Shown here one piece after another: positions 26,767 through 36,213 of a DNA stretch of 64,000 bases. The notes beneath the pieces were generated by a model that saw only the letters and a program-made list of their open reading frames with translations, did not search any database and was not told the DNA's origin. Origin of the DNA: Desulfobaccales bacterium (GTDB lineage: Bacteria > Desulfobacterota > Desulfobaccia > Desulfobaccales > 0-14-0-80-60-11); contig JBAVAG010000013.1 of assembly GCA_049585595.1 (NCBI GenBank), positions 23,643 to 87,642 of the forward strand, read 5' to 3'. Position 1 is the stretch's first letter. The number at the start of each line of letters is the position of its first letter. The translations under genes were made by a program, and so were the position numbers.

Positions 26767-27219
26767 TTAGGCGATGGGTTTAATATTATTATCCGGGAGG
26801 CGAACTATGGTGAACCAAAAATTCCCGATGGCGTTGACCAACTTAATGAATTCATCGAGCCCTACGGGTTTGGTAATATAACAGTTGGCTCCCAAATGAT
26901 AGCTCTTGATCACATCTTCCTCCGCCTGCGAAGTGGTCAGGACACACACCGGAATCGCCTTGAGGTTATCGTCCATCCTCATTTCGGCCAAAAAGGTGCG
27001 GCCATCCATCCGGGGCATGTTGAGATCCAGGAGAATCAAGTCGGGACGAGGCGCCTGGGCGAACTCCCCCTCTCGCCGCAGAAAATTCAGGGCTTCGACA
27101 CCGTCACCGGCCACGTGCAGATTGACCACCAACTTCGATTTCTTGAGAGTATACTGCGTCATTTCCACGTCGGCAGGGTCGTCTTCCACCAGAAGAATTT
27201 CCGGCAATTCGACTACCAT
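26767..27219 (-). CDS. Single-domain response regulator (CheY-like receiver)
   Basis: 150 aa. [10 protein letters not shown], phospho-acceptor context [13 protein letters not shown], and conserved K in ITKP. Confidence 0.9.
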   Translation of the reverse strand: MVVELPEILLVEDDPADVEMTQYTLKKSKLVVNLHVAGDGVEALNFLRREGEFAQAPRPDLILLDLNMPRMDGRTFLAEMRMDDNLKAIPVCVLTTSQAEEDVIKSYHLGANCYITKPVGLDEFIKLVNAIGNFWFTIVRLPDNNIKPIA

Positions 27220-27234
27220 CGAGGCGTCCTCCCA

Positions 27235-29046
27235 TCAGGCTGGAATGGTGAAAAAAAAGGTGGCGCCGCGGCCCGGCTCCGCCTCGGCCCAGATGCGGCC
27301 GCCGTGGCGCTCGACGATCTTTTTGCAAATGGCCAGGCCGATGCCGGTCCCGGGGTACTCTTCCTTTGAGTGCAGCCGCTTGAAGATCTTGAAGATATCG
27401 TCGGCATATTGGGGCTCGAAGCCGATGCCGTAATCCCGGACGGAGATCACCCATTCGCGGTCCTCCTGCCGGGCCGCAAGATGAATTCGCGGCGGCTGGT
27501 CGCCGTGAAACTTGATAGCGTTGGTTAAGAGATTTTGCAACAATTGCCCCATCTGGTGCGGGTTGACTTTTAGGGCCGGCAGCGGTTCGCGGCTGATCTC
27601 GGCGTGGCTGTCCTTAATGAGGGTGTGCAGGTCATTAAGGGTTCCCTTGAGGATATCCTCCAGGGAGGCCGGGATCAAGGGAATTTCGGCCCGGCCCACC
27701 CGGGAATAGTTCAGCAGGTCGTTGATCAGGTCTTGCAGGCGCTTGGCGCCGTCGGTGACATAGCCGAAATAGCGGACCGCCTGCTCATCCAGTTGGCCCT
27801 GATATTGCTTGGTCAGCATCTCGGAGAAGTTGGCGATCTTGCGCAGGGGCTCCTGGAGGTCATGGGAGGAGATGTAGGCGAAATCCTCCAGGTCCCGGTT
27901 GGAGCGCTCCAGGTCCAGCAGGGTCAGTTTCAAGTTCTCTTCCGCCTTCTGCCGCTCGGTGATATCGAAGCAGTAGATCCGTATTACCTGGAAAGGCTCG
28001 ATGAAATAAATGTTCTGGCCAAACACCCTATCCCCAATCATCATCTCACGGTAAAAAAACGTTTGGTGCTTCTCTCTAACGGCGGCGATAATTTCACCAA
28101 GGTCCTCAGGTATTAACCCTCCCAAATCGGACGCCGGCCCTAATTTGTCCACGGCAGCAACGGCAGCCTGGTTATAGAAGGTGATGACGCCATCTAAGTC
28201 TATTTCCAAAATCGGGGTGGGGTTCATTTGAGGAAACGACGCCAGGCGCTTGATTTCTACTTCCGCGTGCTTACGTACTTCAATCTCACGGGCCAGGTCG
28301 TCCCGGGATACGGTGACCTGTTGGAGATTGGCGGTTATGCGGTCGAAGGCCCGGGACAGTTCGCCGATTTCATCCCGGCTGGCGATCTCCACCCTATGAT
28401 CCAGGTTGCCGGCGCCGATGATTTCGGCGCCTTCATGGAGTTGCAGGACGGGTTTCACCACGGAGCGCTGCAGAAAGATCATGGTGGCGGCCAACAACAC
28501 CGCCAGAATCGACAGGGACAGCATATCCAGGAAGGAGGACAGGTGCTGGGTATTGATCAATTTCTGATTAATCTCTTCGGTCAGGCTGAAGAACCGGGTC
28601 GTCAGGTCTTGGGTAGCCAACAGCAATTGAGTGGTCAACCGCCTTTGCAATTCTTCGCCGGTTCCCGTCCCCGGGCCGGCTGGTCCGGGGTTTCCCCGGA
28701 TAGTCAACAGCCTGGAGTAGGTATCTCCCACGCCCCTCAGCTTTTGGGAAGCATCCCCAAGGCCATACTCACCCCGGAGCACCCGGTAATCCGAATTGCG
28801 CAGCAGCCGGAGAAGCTCAGCATAAACTTCCGACCATTGCCTCTGGGCTCGTTCGGTCCGATATAACAGATAGTCCTGGGTCAGGCTGCGAAGAATGTTG
28901 ATTTTATTAACAATTTCATTGGATTCTTTGACTTCCCGGGCCAGACGGGTCATGGCGCGGTTCAGGTGCAGGACCGCGGACCCATAAGCCAGGAGAATGC
29001 AGAAGGTCAGCGCTCCGCCGATCTTGACCCTGGACCTGATTCTCAT
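27235..29046 (-). CDS. Sensor histidine kinase (TM-HAMP-PAS-HisKA-HATPase)
   Basis: 603 aa. H-box SHDLQEPLRKI, N-box LLTNAIKF, G-boxes DYGIGF and GTGIGLAICKKIVERHGG. Confidence 0.9.
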   Translation of the reverse strand: MRIRSRVKIGGALTFCILLAYGSAVLHLNRAMTRLAREVKESNEIVNKINILRSLTQDYLLYRTERAQRQWSEVYAELLRLLRNSDYRVLRGEYGLGDASQKLRGVGDTYSRLLTIRGNPGPAGPGTGTGEELQRRLTTQLLLATQDLTTRFFSLTEEINQKLINTQHLSSFLDMLSLSILAVLLAATMIFLQRSVVKPVLQLHEGAEIIGAGNLDHRVEIASRDEIGELSRAFDRITANLQQVTVSRDDLAREIEVRKHAEVEIKRLASFPQMNPTPILEIDLDGVITFYNQAAVAAVDKLGPASDLGGLIPEDLGEIIAAVREKHQTFFYREMMIGDRVFGQNIYFIEPFQVIRIYCFDITERQKAEENLKLTLLDLERSNRDLEDFAYISSHDLQEPLRKIANFSEMLTKQYQGQLDEQAVRYFGYVTDGAKRLQDLINDLLNYSRVGRAEIPLIPASLEDILKGTLNDLHTLIKDSHAEISREPLPALKVNPHQMGQLLQNLLTNAIKFHGDQPPRIHLAARQEDREWVISVRDYGIGFEPQYADDIFKIFKRLHSKEEYPGTGIGLAICKKIVERHGGRIWAEAEPGRGATFFFTIPA

Positions 29047-30122
29047 CGGCGCTCCTGGCCCGTATCATCTTGCATAGGTAAAACGGCGCCGCCGCCTCCG
29101 GGCATGATCAGGCGCACTGCCTCAGGGTCGGCTCGGGAGAGGGGGCCGGGATCGAAATAGTCAAGGTAATCCGGCACCTCCGCCTGGTCGGTGAGCCGAT
29201 TCCGGATCATCCAACGGGCCTCGTCCTCCATGGCGATGAGCAGCGATTGGTTAAAGGAAAGCTCCAAATCACTGTTTCGCCAATCATCTTGAAAGACTGA
29301 TATATCGACTTTGATCTGTTTAGCGACAATCTCCTGGCTCTCCGCCGGGTTATGCCTGATAAAGTCTTCAGCCTGGGCCAGGGCCCGGAAAAACTTTTCC
29401 AGGGCCTTCGAATTTCTGTGAATGAATTTGTCGGTACTCACTAAAACTTCAAAAAACTTTTGCCCGGTTTGCCCCGGCCAACTGATGAGTTTCTCCCCCA
29501 GTTGTTTTTTTAATTCAAAAGTTACCGGGTTCCAGATCATGACTGCATCCACCTTGTTATTGGCCAGGGCCGCCGCCATTTTTGATGGGTTGAGGTAGGT
29601 GACTTTAACCTCACTCAAGGAAAGGTTGTTGAAGGTCAAAAAACTCCCCAGGAAAAATTCCGCGACAGTGCTGCCGGCAACCCCCACTCGCTTCCCTCGT
29701 AAATCGCCCGGTTGCAGAATCCCCCGGTCTTTAAGGGCCAGGAGATTGACAAATTCGACGGCGGCCGGCGAACCGAGGATACGCAGGGATTTCGACCCCT
29801 TAAAAATCTCGTCAAGGAAAACAAAAGCCGCCATAAAGGCGACATCAGCCCGTCCTGCCTGCAAATTATCGAGGCAGATCCGGCCGGTTTCACACGGTTC
29901 GATAACCACCTCTAAACCATTAATCCGAAAATAACCATCTTCCTGGGCAACCAACAATAAGGCGGCGGGGAAGATCGGCAGGATGCTGATGGTGATTTTC
30001 TCCAGGGGGCCGGGGGGGAGCGCGGCCTTTGGGGTGAGGAACCCGGTTTGCCAAAGGCAGGCGGCGAGGATCAAGAGAAGCAGTAAAGACGTGAGGGCCG
30101 CGATCTTTGCCTTGAACTTCAT
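29043..30122 (-). CDS. Periplasmic substrate-binding protein (NMT1/SsuA-like fold) cotranscribed with the kinase
   Basis: 359 aa with an N-terminal signal/anchor. Resembles ABC-type nitrate/sulfonate/bicarbonate binding proteins. Stop overlaps the kinase start (ATGA). Confidence 0.6.
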   Translation of the reverse strand: MKFKAKIAALTSLLLLLILAACLWQTGFLTPKAALPPGPLEKITISILPIFPAALLLVAQEDGYFRINGLEVVIEPCETGRICLDNLQAGRADVAFMAAFVFLDEIFKGSKSLRILGSPAAVEFVNLLALKDRGILQPGDLRGKRVGVAGSTVAEFFLGSFLTFNNLSLSEVKVTYLNPSKMAAALANNKVDAVMIWNPVTFELKKQLGEKLISWPGQTGQKFFEVLVSTDKFIHRNSKALEKFFRALAQAEDFIRHNPAESQEIVAKQIKVDISVFQDDWRNSDLELSFNQSLLIAMEDEARWMIRNRLTDQAEVPDYLDYFDPGPLSRADPEAVRLIMPGGGGAVLPMQDDTGQERR

Positions 30123-30534
30123 TAATACCGCCGAATCATCGCTGAACAGTTCCAGCCCTTTTCCGGATAGATATTAACATAATTTCGTTAAGGCGCCAAT
30201 TTTTCAGCAAAACCTTAAGCACTCGGGTTTTTCTTCTTAACAATAACGAATACCACAGTTGCTAAACTATTCAAGAAGTCCTTTCAGGGTTTTGCTAGGT
30301 CAGCCAGTGCCAGGTATCCTCTATCCAGGAGCCGTTGGCTGACCGTGAACCCGTCCGCCGGGAGTAAGATTTGGTCAATTATGATATCCTCCTTCAAGTA
30401 ATTTCCGGCATGGGGGAATACAAATCCGGCCAGCCCAAGTGGTCCGCCTGTGGGTGGGATTGGGAGTTCAGTTCACACGGGCCAGAGGCCTATGCTACCG
30501 CTTTTTTAAATAATATCGAATAGTAATCGCCTTG

Positions 30535-31476
30535 ATGTTTAGAACCAGAGATATCGTGCTGTTGCTGGTGGTCTTCAGCAGTATGGTGGCCGGGGTCGCC
30601 TGGCCCGCCTGGACCAGTTTTTTAGGCGCCTACCTGTCGTGGCTCCTGATGGGTTTGCTGTTCCTGGCCTTTCTGAAGGTATCTCCGCCGGCCATTTGGG
30701 AAACCCTGCGGCGCTATCCCATCAAGCTGGCCATGTTAATCCTCGCCAAGTTGATCATCATGCCCTGCCTCATCTACCTGGCTGTGGCCAAACTGATCCC
30801 GGCTTACGCCCTGGCCATGCTCCTGCTGGCCGGGGCCTCCACGGGCCTGTCCGCCTCCTTTCTTGCCGGTTTGATCGGGGCCAGCATTCCGCTGGTGCTG
30901 GCTATGACCGTGGTGACCACGTTGTTGTTGCCCGCAACCCTGCCTCTGGTCGTCAAAGTCCTGATTGGCCGGGAATTGCATTTCAATCTGTTGGGACTGG
31001 CCGGATTATTGGCGGCCATGATCTTCGTGCCTTTTGTGAGCGCCTGGATCTGCCGGCGAGTCTCCTTGAGACTGACGGACTGGGTGGATGCGCACTCCTA
31101 CCCCATCTCCCTGGTCCTGTTCGCCGCCCTTAACCTGGGCGCCTTTGGTCTCTATGCGCCCTTTTTGAGAACCCATCGGGCTGAGGTAGCTTTCGCCGTG
31201 CTGGCTAGTTTCGGTCTGGCGGCTTTCCTGGCGGGCACCGGGATGGTCCTGTTCCGGTCCAGTCCGCCACCGGAAAGGATCGCGGCAGCCGGGGCTCTGG
31301 GCTGGATCAATAACATCCTGGTCCTGGTTATAGGCATTTATTTCAACGATCCCCTGGCGTCGGTGATGGCTGCCCTTTATATGATCCCCTACTATGTCCT
31401 GATAATTCCCCTGAGCCATCTGGTCCGGACCTTAAAGCATCGAGGGGAAATCGGCAATCTGGAGCATCTTTACTAA
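30535..31476 (+). CDS. Polytopic membrane transporter, probably bile acid:Na+ symporter (BASS) family
   Basis: About 313 aa with roughly 9-10 TM segments and BASS-like pattern LLLAGASTGLSASFLAGLIGASIPLVLAMTVVTTLLLPATLP. The track starts at TTG 30532. Confidence 0.5.
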   Translation: MFRTRDIVLLLVVFSSMVAGVAWPAWTSFLGAYLSWLLMGLLFLAFLKVSPPAIWETLRRYPIKLAMLILAKLIIMPCLIYLAVAKLIPAYALAMLLLAGASTGLSASFLAGLIGASIPLVLAMTVVTTLLLPATLPLVVKVLIGRELHFNLLGLAGLLAAMIFVPFVSAWICRRVSLRLTDWVDAHSYPISLVLFAALNLGAFGLYAPFLRTHRAEVAFAVLASFGLAAFLAGTGMVLFRSSPPPERIAAAGALGWINNILVLVIGIYFNDPLASVMAALYMIPYYVLIIPLSHLVRTLKHRGEIGNLEHLY

Positions 31477-31566
31477 TACGGGAGCCCATCCGGCCCCCCC
31501 CTGGAAATGCTTCGGGGCGGTTTTTCATCCCGCCCCGGCGACCCTGCTCACTATTTCCAGGATAGA

Positions 31567-32589
31567 TTACCGCGGGCCATACAGGATGGCCCGGGACACC
31601 GATTTGACATCCGCGGTTCCTGTTAAGAGCATGGCCTGAATCAGCTCGCCTTTCAGTTTATTGAGCAAAAAGGCCACCCCGGCCCGGCCGCCGCCCATAA
31701 CCCCGATGACCAGCGGCCGGCCCACGAGCACGGCATCGGCTCCCAGGGCCAGCAGCTTGAGCACATCACCGCCGGAACGCACCCCACCGTCGGCAAAAAT
31801 CAGCAGCCGGCCTTTGACCCGGGCCGCAATGGCGGGAAGGACCTCAGCTGCCCCGGGGGTGTGATCGAGTACGCGCCCCCCATGGTTGGAAACGACGATG
31901 GCCGCGGCCCCGGCGGCCAGGCCAATCTCGGCTTCCTCAGGAGTCATGATGCCCTTGAGGATAAAGGGAAGCCGGGTCGCTCCGATCAATTCTTTGATTT
32001 CCCCGAAGGTCTTGGGGCTGACGGGTTGGCCTGTGAGGGCCATCATAATCATACCGGCCCCGTCAATATCCATGCCCACCGCCAGGGCGCCCGCGGCTTC
32101 GGCCGCCTGGAGATATTTGCCGGCCTCCTCCTGGGCCCGGGGTTTGGCAACGGGGATGCCTTTGCCGTGATGATCGGCTATGGCCTTGAGACCGGCGGCA
32201 TACATCCGCGGATCGGGTCCGTCCCCGGACATGCCTAGGGTGCCGGCCAGCAGGGACCCGGCTATGATCTCCTGGAGGAAATCCTCTTCCGAAATCTTGC
32301 CGCCCATGCTGTGGGAGACGCCGGTCATGGGCGCGGCCAGGATGGGCATGGAAAGATTTTCCCCCCACAGCTCGAAGGAAGTAGACGGCGCCTTGACATC
32401 GTGCAGGGTGCGCATATTGAAGCGATACCGGCCCAGGGCTTCCAGGTTGGCGGTAAAAGCACTGCCGGTCCCGGTGCCGCCCATGCCCGGAACTTCGCCG
32501 GCGCAAGCCCGGCCGTTGCAAACCGGGCAGACGCGGCAATATCCCTGCAATTTTTCTTTAGCGCCTTCCCGCAATTCCGTGAGGTCCAT
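31567..32589 (-). CDS. FMN-dependent alpha-hydroxy-acid oxidising enzyme family protein
   Basis: 340 aa. PILAAPMTG, ILKGIMTPEEA, VVSNHGGRVLD, ADGGVRSGGDVLKLLALGADAVLVGRP. N-terminal Cys cluster CRVCPVCNGRAC. Confidence 0.75.
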   Translation of the reverse strand: MDLTELREGAKEKLQGYCRVCPVCNGRACAGEVPGMGGTGTGSAFTANLEALGRYRFNMRTLHDVKAPSTSFELWGENLSMPILAAPMTGVSHSMGGKISEEDFLQEIIAGSLLAGTLGMSGDGPDPRMYAAGLKAIADHHGKGIPVAKPRAQEEAGKYLQAAEAAGALAVGMDIDGAGMIMMALTGQPVSPKTFGEIKELIGATRLPFILKGIMTPEEAEIGLAAGAAAIVVSNHGGRVLDHTPGAAEVLPAIAARVKGRLLIFADGGVRSGGDVLKLLALGADAVLVGRPLVIGVMGGGRAGVAFLLNKLKGELIQAMLLTGTADVKSVSRAILYGPR

Positions 32590-32592
32590 CTT

Positions 32593-33735
32593 TCATTCCT
32601 TGGGGTGAGGCTTGGGTTCGCTAATTTTACTGCGCTTTTTAGCCATGGTTACGCAGTAAACGCCCTGGCCGGCGAGTGCGGGGGCGAAACAGGCATTGTC
32701 GGAAACACAGGCCGCCTGGCGGCGGTCACCCTCCCGCCAGCGTTTGACAAGCCCCGGCTCACAAATCAGCGGCCGGCTCATGGCAATATAGTCGGCCGTG
32801 CCATCCCGGACTAACTCCGCGGCCACCCCGAAGGAGCGGATGCCGCCCACCAGGATGAGCGGGATGGCGACTTTCTGCTTATATAGCCTGGCGGCCTTAC
32901 GGTAATAGACCTCTTGCTCGGGGGTCTTGAGCCTGCCCGGACGCACCGGCACCAACTTTTCGGGGGAGTTCGCGGTCCCGCCCGAGAACTCAATTCCATC
33001 GATGGAAGCGTTCTCGAGCATCCCCGATACCTCTACGGACTCTATCTGCGTCAGGCCCTCATCCAGGAAATCCTCGGAGTTGATTTTGATGAGAACCGGA
33101 TATTTTGGCCCCACCGCCTCCCGGATCCTCCGCACTGCTTCGAGAAGAAGCCGCGCCCGGTTTTTGAGTTCGCCCCCATATTCATCTGTTCTTTTATTGA
33201 ATGCGGGCGACAGGAACTGGCTCAAGAAATAGCCATGGGCAGCATGGATCTGAACCGCGTCGAACCCTGCCTGTTGGGCCCGGTGGGCAGCCTGGGCGAA
33301 GGCGGATACGATCTTGGCCAGCTCCTCCCTGGCGGCCTGCCGGCAAATGAGCCGGCCATTTTTCTCGAGTGCGGAGGGCCCGACAGGCTCCAGGCCGCTC
33401 AGCTGGAAATTCGCCTTGCAGCCTGCGTGGGCCAACTGCAGGGTGATCCGTCCTCCGGCTGCATGGACCGCCCCGGCCATTTCCCGAAGACCCGGCAGGA
33501 AACGATCATCGAAGGCAGCCAGCTGTCCAGGACCGGCCTGGCCCTCGGGACTGACGAAGGCGTGGCCGCTGATGATCAATCCAACCTCGCCTTTGACCAG
33601 TTCCACCATCATCTCGATAAGCCTGGGGGTAACGGCGCCATCCTGGTCCGCCAAACCCTCCCACGTCGCAGACCGGACAAAACGGTTGGCCAGCCTCATG
33701 CCGTTGATGGATGTGCCTTCGAACAATTCAGCCAT
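32593..33735 (-). CDS. NADH:flavin oxidoreductase (Old Yellow Enzyme family)
   Basis: INGMRLANRFVRSATWEG and GFDAVQIHAAHGYFLSQFLSP..N.RTDEYGG. AAGGAGGA RBS before the ATG at 33735. The track extension to 33885 has no support. Confidence 0.85.
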   Translation of the reverse strand: MAELFEGTSINGMRLANRFVRSATWEGLADQDGAVTPRLIEMMVELVKGEVGLIISGHAFVSPEGQAGPGQLAAFDDRFLPGLREMAGAVHAAGGRITLQLAHAGCKANFQLSGLEPVGPSALEKNGRLICRQAAREELAKIVSAFAQAAHRAQQAGFDAVQIHAAHGYFLSQFLSPAFNKRTDEYGGELKNRARLLLEAVRRIREAVGPKYPVLIKINSEDFLDEGLTQIESVEVSGMLENASIDGIEFSGGTANSPEKLVPVRPGRLKTPEQEVYYRKAARLYKQKVAIPLILVGGIRSFGVAAELVRDGTADYIAMSRPLICEPGLVKRWREGDRRQAACVSDNACFAPALAGQGVYCVTMAKKRSKISEPKPHPKE

Positions 33736-33908
33736 GGTGATCCTCCTTTCGGGTTGATACCTCCGGCCTTTGCTACGGGCCAAGGCATAACTCGCAGGCC
33801 TGGCCGTTCTTTTCGTCAAAGAAAAAAAAGGATTCCGCAGCCGGGCGCCGCGCCCATCTTTGCGGACAGGAAAACTTTCTGACACGTATTTAGAAAATGA
33901 GATAAAAA

Positions 33909-34469
33909 TTACTGGGTACGGCCGGAATATTTTTTAAGTAACTCAATCAGTTCAGGAGGGGGCTTGGCACCCAAACTTTCCACCTTATGCACATCTTCCC
34001 AGGCCTTGGGGTAATCCTTTTTATTACAATATACCATTCCCCTGAGAGAATAAGCCAAAGGATTTTGTGGGTTAAGTTTTATTGCTTGATCAAAATCGGC
34101 AATAGCTAAATCTAGCTTTCCCTGCCTGGCATAAGCAAGTCCCCGGCCAGTAAAGGCGCTATCTTCCAGAGGATTAATTTTGATGGCGTGATCGAAATCG
34201 GTTATTGCCAGGTTTAAATCCGGATCGGGTTTTACCGCATAGGCATGGCCACGGCTTAAATAAGCATCGGCTAGATTATTATTTAGCTTTATTGCCTTAG
34301 TAAATGATTCAATAGCTTGATCAAAATTGCCATTTATATAATAATCCTTCCCTTCCAGATAATAGTCTTCGGCCTTTTTCTCCCCGTAAACATCGCTTAT
34401 AGAAAATATCATAAGGAATAACAAGAACACCATTACCATACTTGTGGTCTCGAATTTTAATGATTTCAT
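33909..34469 (-). CDS. Secreted TPR-repeat protein encoded by an AT-rich gene
   Basis: 186 aa with a signal peptide and 4-5 TPR units (A..Y..RG.AY...D..AI.DFD.AIK.NP). 18 G+C in the 60 nt 34261-34320 (30%). Confidence 0.8.
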   Translation of the reverse strand: MKSLKFETTSMVMVFLLFLMIFSISDVYGEKKAEDYYLEGKDYYINGNFDQAIESFTKAIKLNNNLADAYLSRGHAYAVKPDPDLNLAITDFDHAIKINPLEDSAFTGRGLAYARQGKLDLAIADFDQAIKLNPQNPLAYSLRGMVYCNKKDYPKAWEDVHKVESLGAKPPPELIELLKKYSGRTQ

Positions 34470-34674
34470 TTACTCCTCCATCTGATAATCAGGAAACAGT
34501 TACGCTTGTGCCGGAGCCTGCCTTGCCGGTGAACACTCCTTTGGGGATTGCAAAAGCAGTCCCCAGGTGGATCTGACGGCCTCGCTATAATAAGGTGATA
34601 TCGGTAAATTTACCACGGCCTGGAGGTTAACTGCGAGATAAATTTGCCAGGAAAATTTATAGGAGAGCGGCCCC

Positions 34675-36063
34675 TTATCGAGGCATACCGATGGGGGCCT
34701 GGTTCCAATAGGTGACAGAGCCATTGTGCCATTTGACGAGGCGGACGTCGCCGTCCTGAGAAATGACGATGGCAAAGGCGTCGTGCAGTTCGTGGCATAG
34801 CCGGTAGGCAGCCCGGTGCCGGGTCCCGACCCACTCGCTAAGCTCCGTCTCGACCTGGTCCCCCTCGGTATCGAGGGCGCGGGCCACCGTCTGCACTTCA
34901 TCGATATCTCCCAGGATAAAGCCGCCGAAGCCGAGAAGGTCGGAGCGCTTGGTCAGGACTACCGCGCCATCGATGGCAGAAAGGCTGGCGATGAAATAGG
35001 CCAGATCGAAAATGGCCTCATCGAGCAGCGCAATCTCCTCTCGCTGGCAGGAGACATAATCTTCCCAGCCGATGACCTTCTCCGGATCATTGGCATCTGC
35101 AAGCAGTTCCGCGGCGGTGTTGATTATACGCAGCATCAGGGTGCGGAAGCGCTGGCGCGGCTCATCCTCGCGGAATTGGTACTTGATGCTGAGGTAGCGG
35201 TTTTGGACCTCGAGCTCAGGGGCCATCTCCGGCGGCAGGTAGACCAGCATGCCGCCGTGGCGGGAATTGCGGATGACGCTGATAATGCGCCTCACCACTT
35301 GTTGGGCGACCATTCTGGCGAACTGCGGGTCTAACCTGGCCCAGGGCCGCTTCGACCTGGCCCGCGCCGCGGCGTGCAGCTCTCTCATCTCGGAACGGAC
35401 GGAGGCAAAACTTTCTGAAAGCCATCGGGCCGCAAAGACATCCTGGGTTGGATAATTCATCGGGCCGCCGGTCAAGGAAGCTATCACCTTGGGACCCAGG
35501 CTAACCGAGATCTGTCCGGGCCCGGTTACGTAGATTAAGGGGCAGGCGGGCAGCGGGGTACAGGTTTTCCGGCCACCCAGCACTTCCTGGAGCCACCGGT
35601 TTCCTGAGTTAATGATTCCCCAAATCTGCGGCCTATTTTTTGAATCGAGATTGATCGCCACCAGCATTCGGGAAAAATCTACAGCCGGAGTGAGGCGCTG
35701 CAGTTCGAATTCATTGAAAGGCCGCGTCCGGGCGAATGTCAGAGGTTGTAAGCCGGTGGGAGGTCCTTCCTGGGCGGGAAGGATTTCCGGATCGCAGATG
35801 ATGAGGCGAAACTCGATGGCCCGTTCTTCTTCCCGCAACAGACTGGCCTGGTAACAGACCGAGATGACCTGCTCGAGAACGGCCCGTTCCGGGAGCGGAG
35901 CCGGGGGCGCGAACCCGTTGGCGCGCAGGCCCTCCATAAACAGAGGGTCTTTCTGAATATCCAGGATAAACGAGACCAATTCCTGGGGGTAGGCATGGAC
36001 TCTCGTTTTCAGGTCCCCGGTGTGGCCAGGCGCCGCGTTTCTCAGGGTCTTTGCTGCCTGCAT
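34675..36063 (-). CDS. DAC (diadenylate cyclase, DisA_N)-like domain protein with an uncharacterised N-terminal domain of about 250 aa
   Basis: 462 aa. C-terminal region has HGGMLVYL, IDGAVVL (DGA motif, nt 34963-34971), GTRHRAA (RHR motif, nt 34813-34821) and IVISQDGDV, parallel to CdaA/DisA DAC domains. Confidence 0.6.
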   Translation of the reverse strand: MQAAKTLRNAAPGHTGDLKTRVHAYPQELVSFILDIQKDPLFMEGLRANGFAPPAPLPERAVLEQVISVCYQASLLREEERAIEFRLIICDPEILPAQEGPPTGLQPLTFARTRPFNEFELQRLTPAVDFSRMLVAINLDSKNRPQIWGIINSGNRWLQEVLGGRKTCTPLPACPLIYVTGPGQISVSLGPKVIASLTGGPMNYPTQDVFAARWLSESFASVRSEMRELHAAARARSKRPWARLDPQFARMVAQQVVRRIISVIRNSRHGGMLVYLPPEMAPELEVQNRYLSIKYQFREDEPRQRFRTLMLRIINTAAELLADANDPEKVIGWEDYVSCQREEIALLDEAIFDLAYFIASLSAIDGAVVLTKRSDLLGFGGFILGDIDEVQTVARALDTEGDQVETELSEWVGTRHRAAYRLCHELHDAFAIVISQDGDVRLVKWHNGSVTYWNQAPIGMPR

Positions 36064-36213
36064 AGGACTTTCTCATCCATTCCTGGAACCAATGATCCCT
36101 GAGACTGGAAAACTACCTTTGCCGTTAAGGATCATCAAGGCCACTGTTTGTTCGGTTCCATTTTGCCAGAGGTTAAGAGTTCATCTCAAGAGTCTTCTTC
36201 GAGAAGGTCGATT

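Noticed and set aside
30241-30400. Minus-strand reading frame IIIDQILLPADGFTVSQRLLDRGYLALADLAKP behind a GGAGG-like sequence, considered as a small toxin-antitoxin remnant.
   Set aside because: No ATG, GTG or TTG start lies at a usable distance. It is only about 35 codons, and I recognise no family. It may be a decayed gene fragment but cannot be supported.
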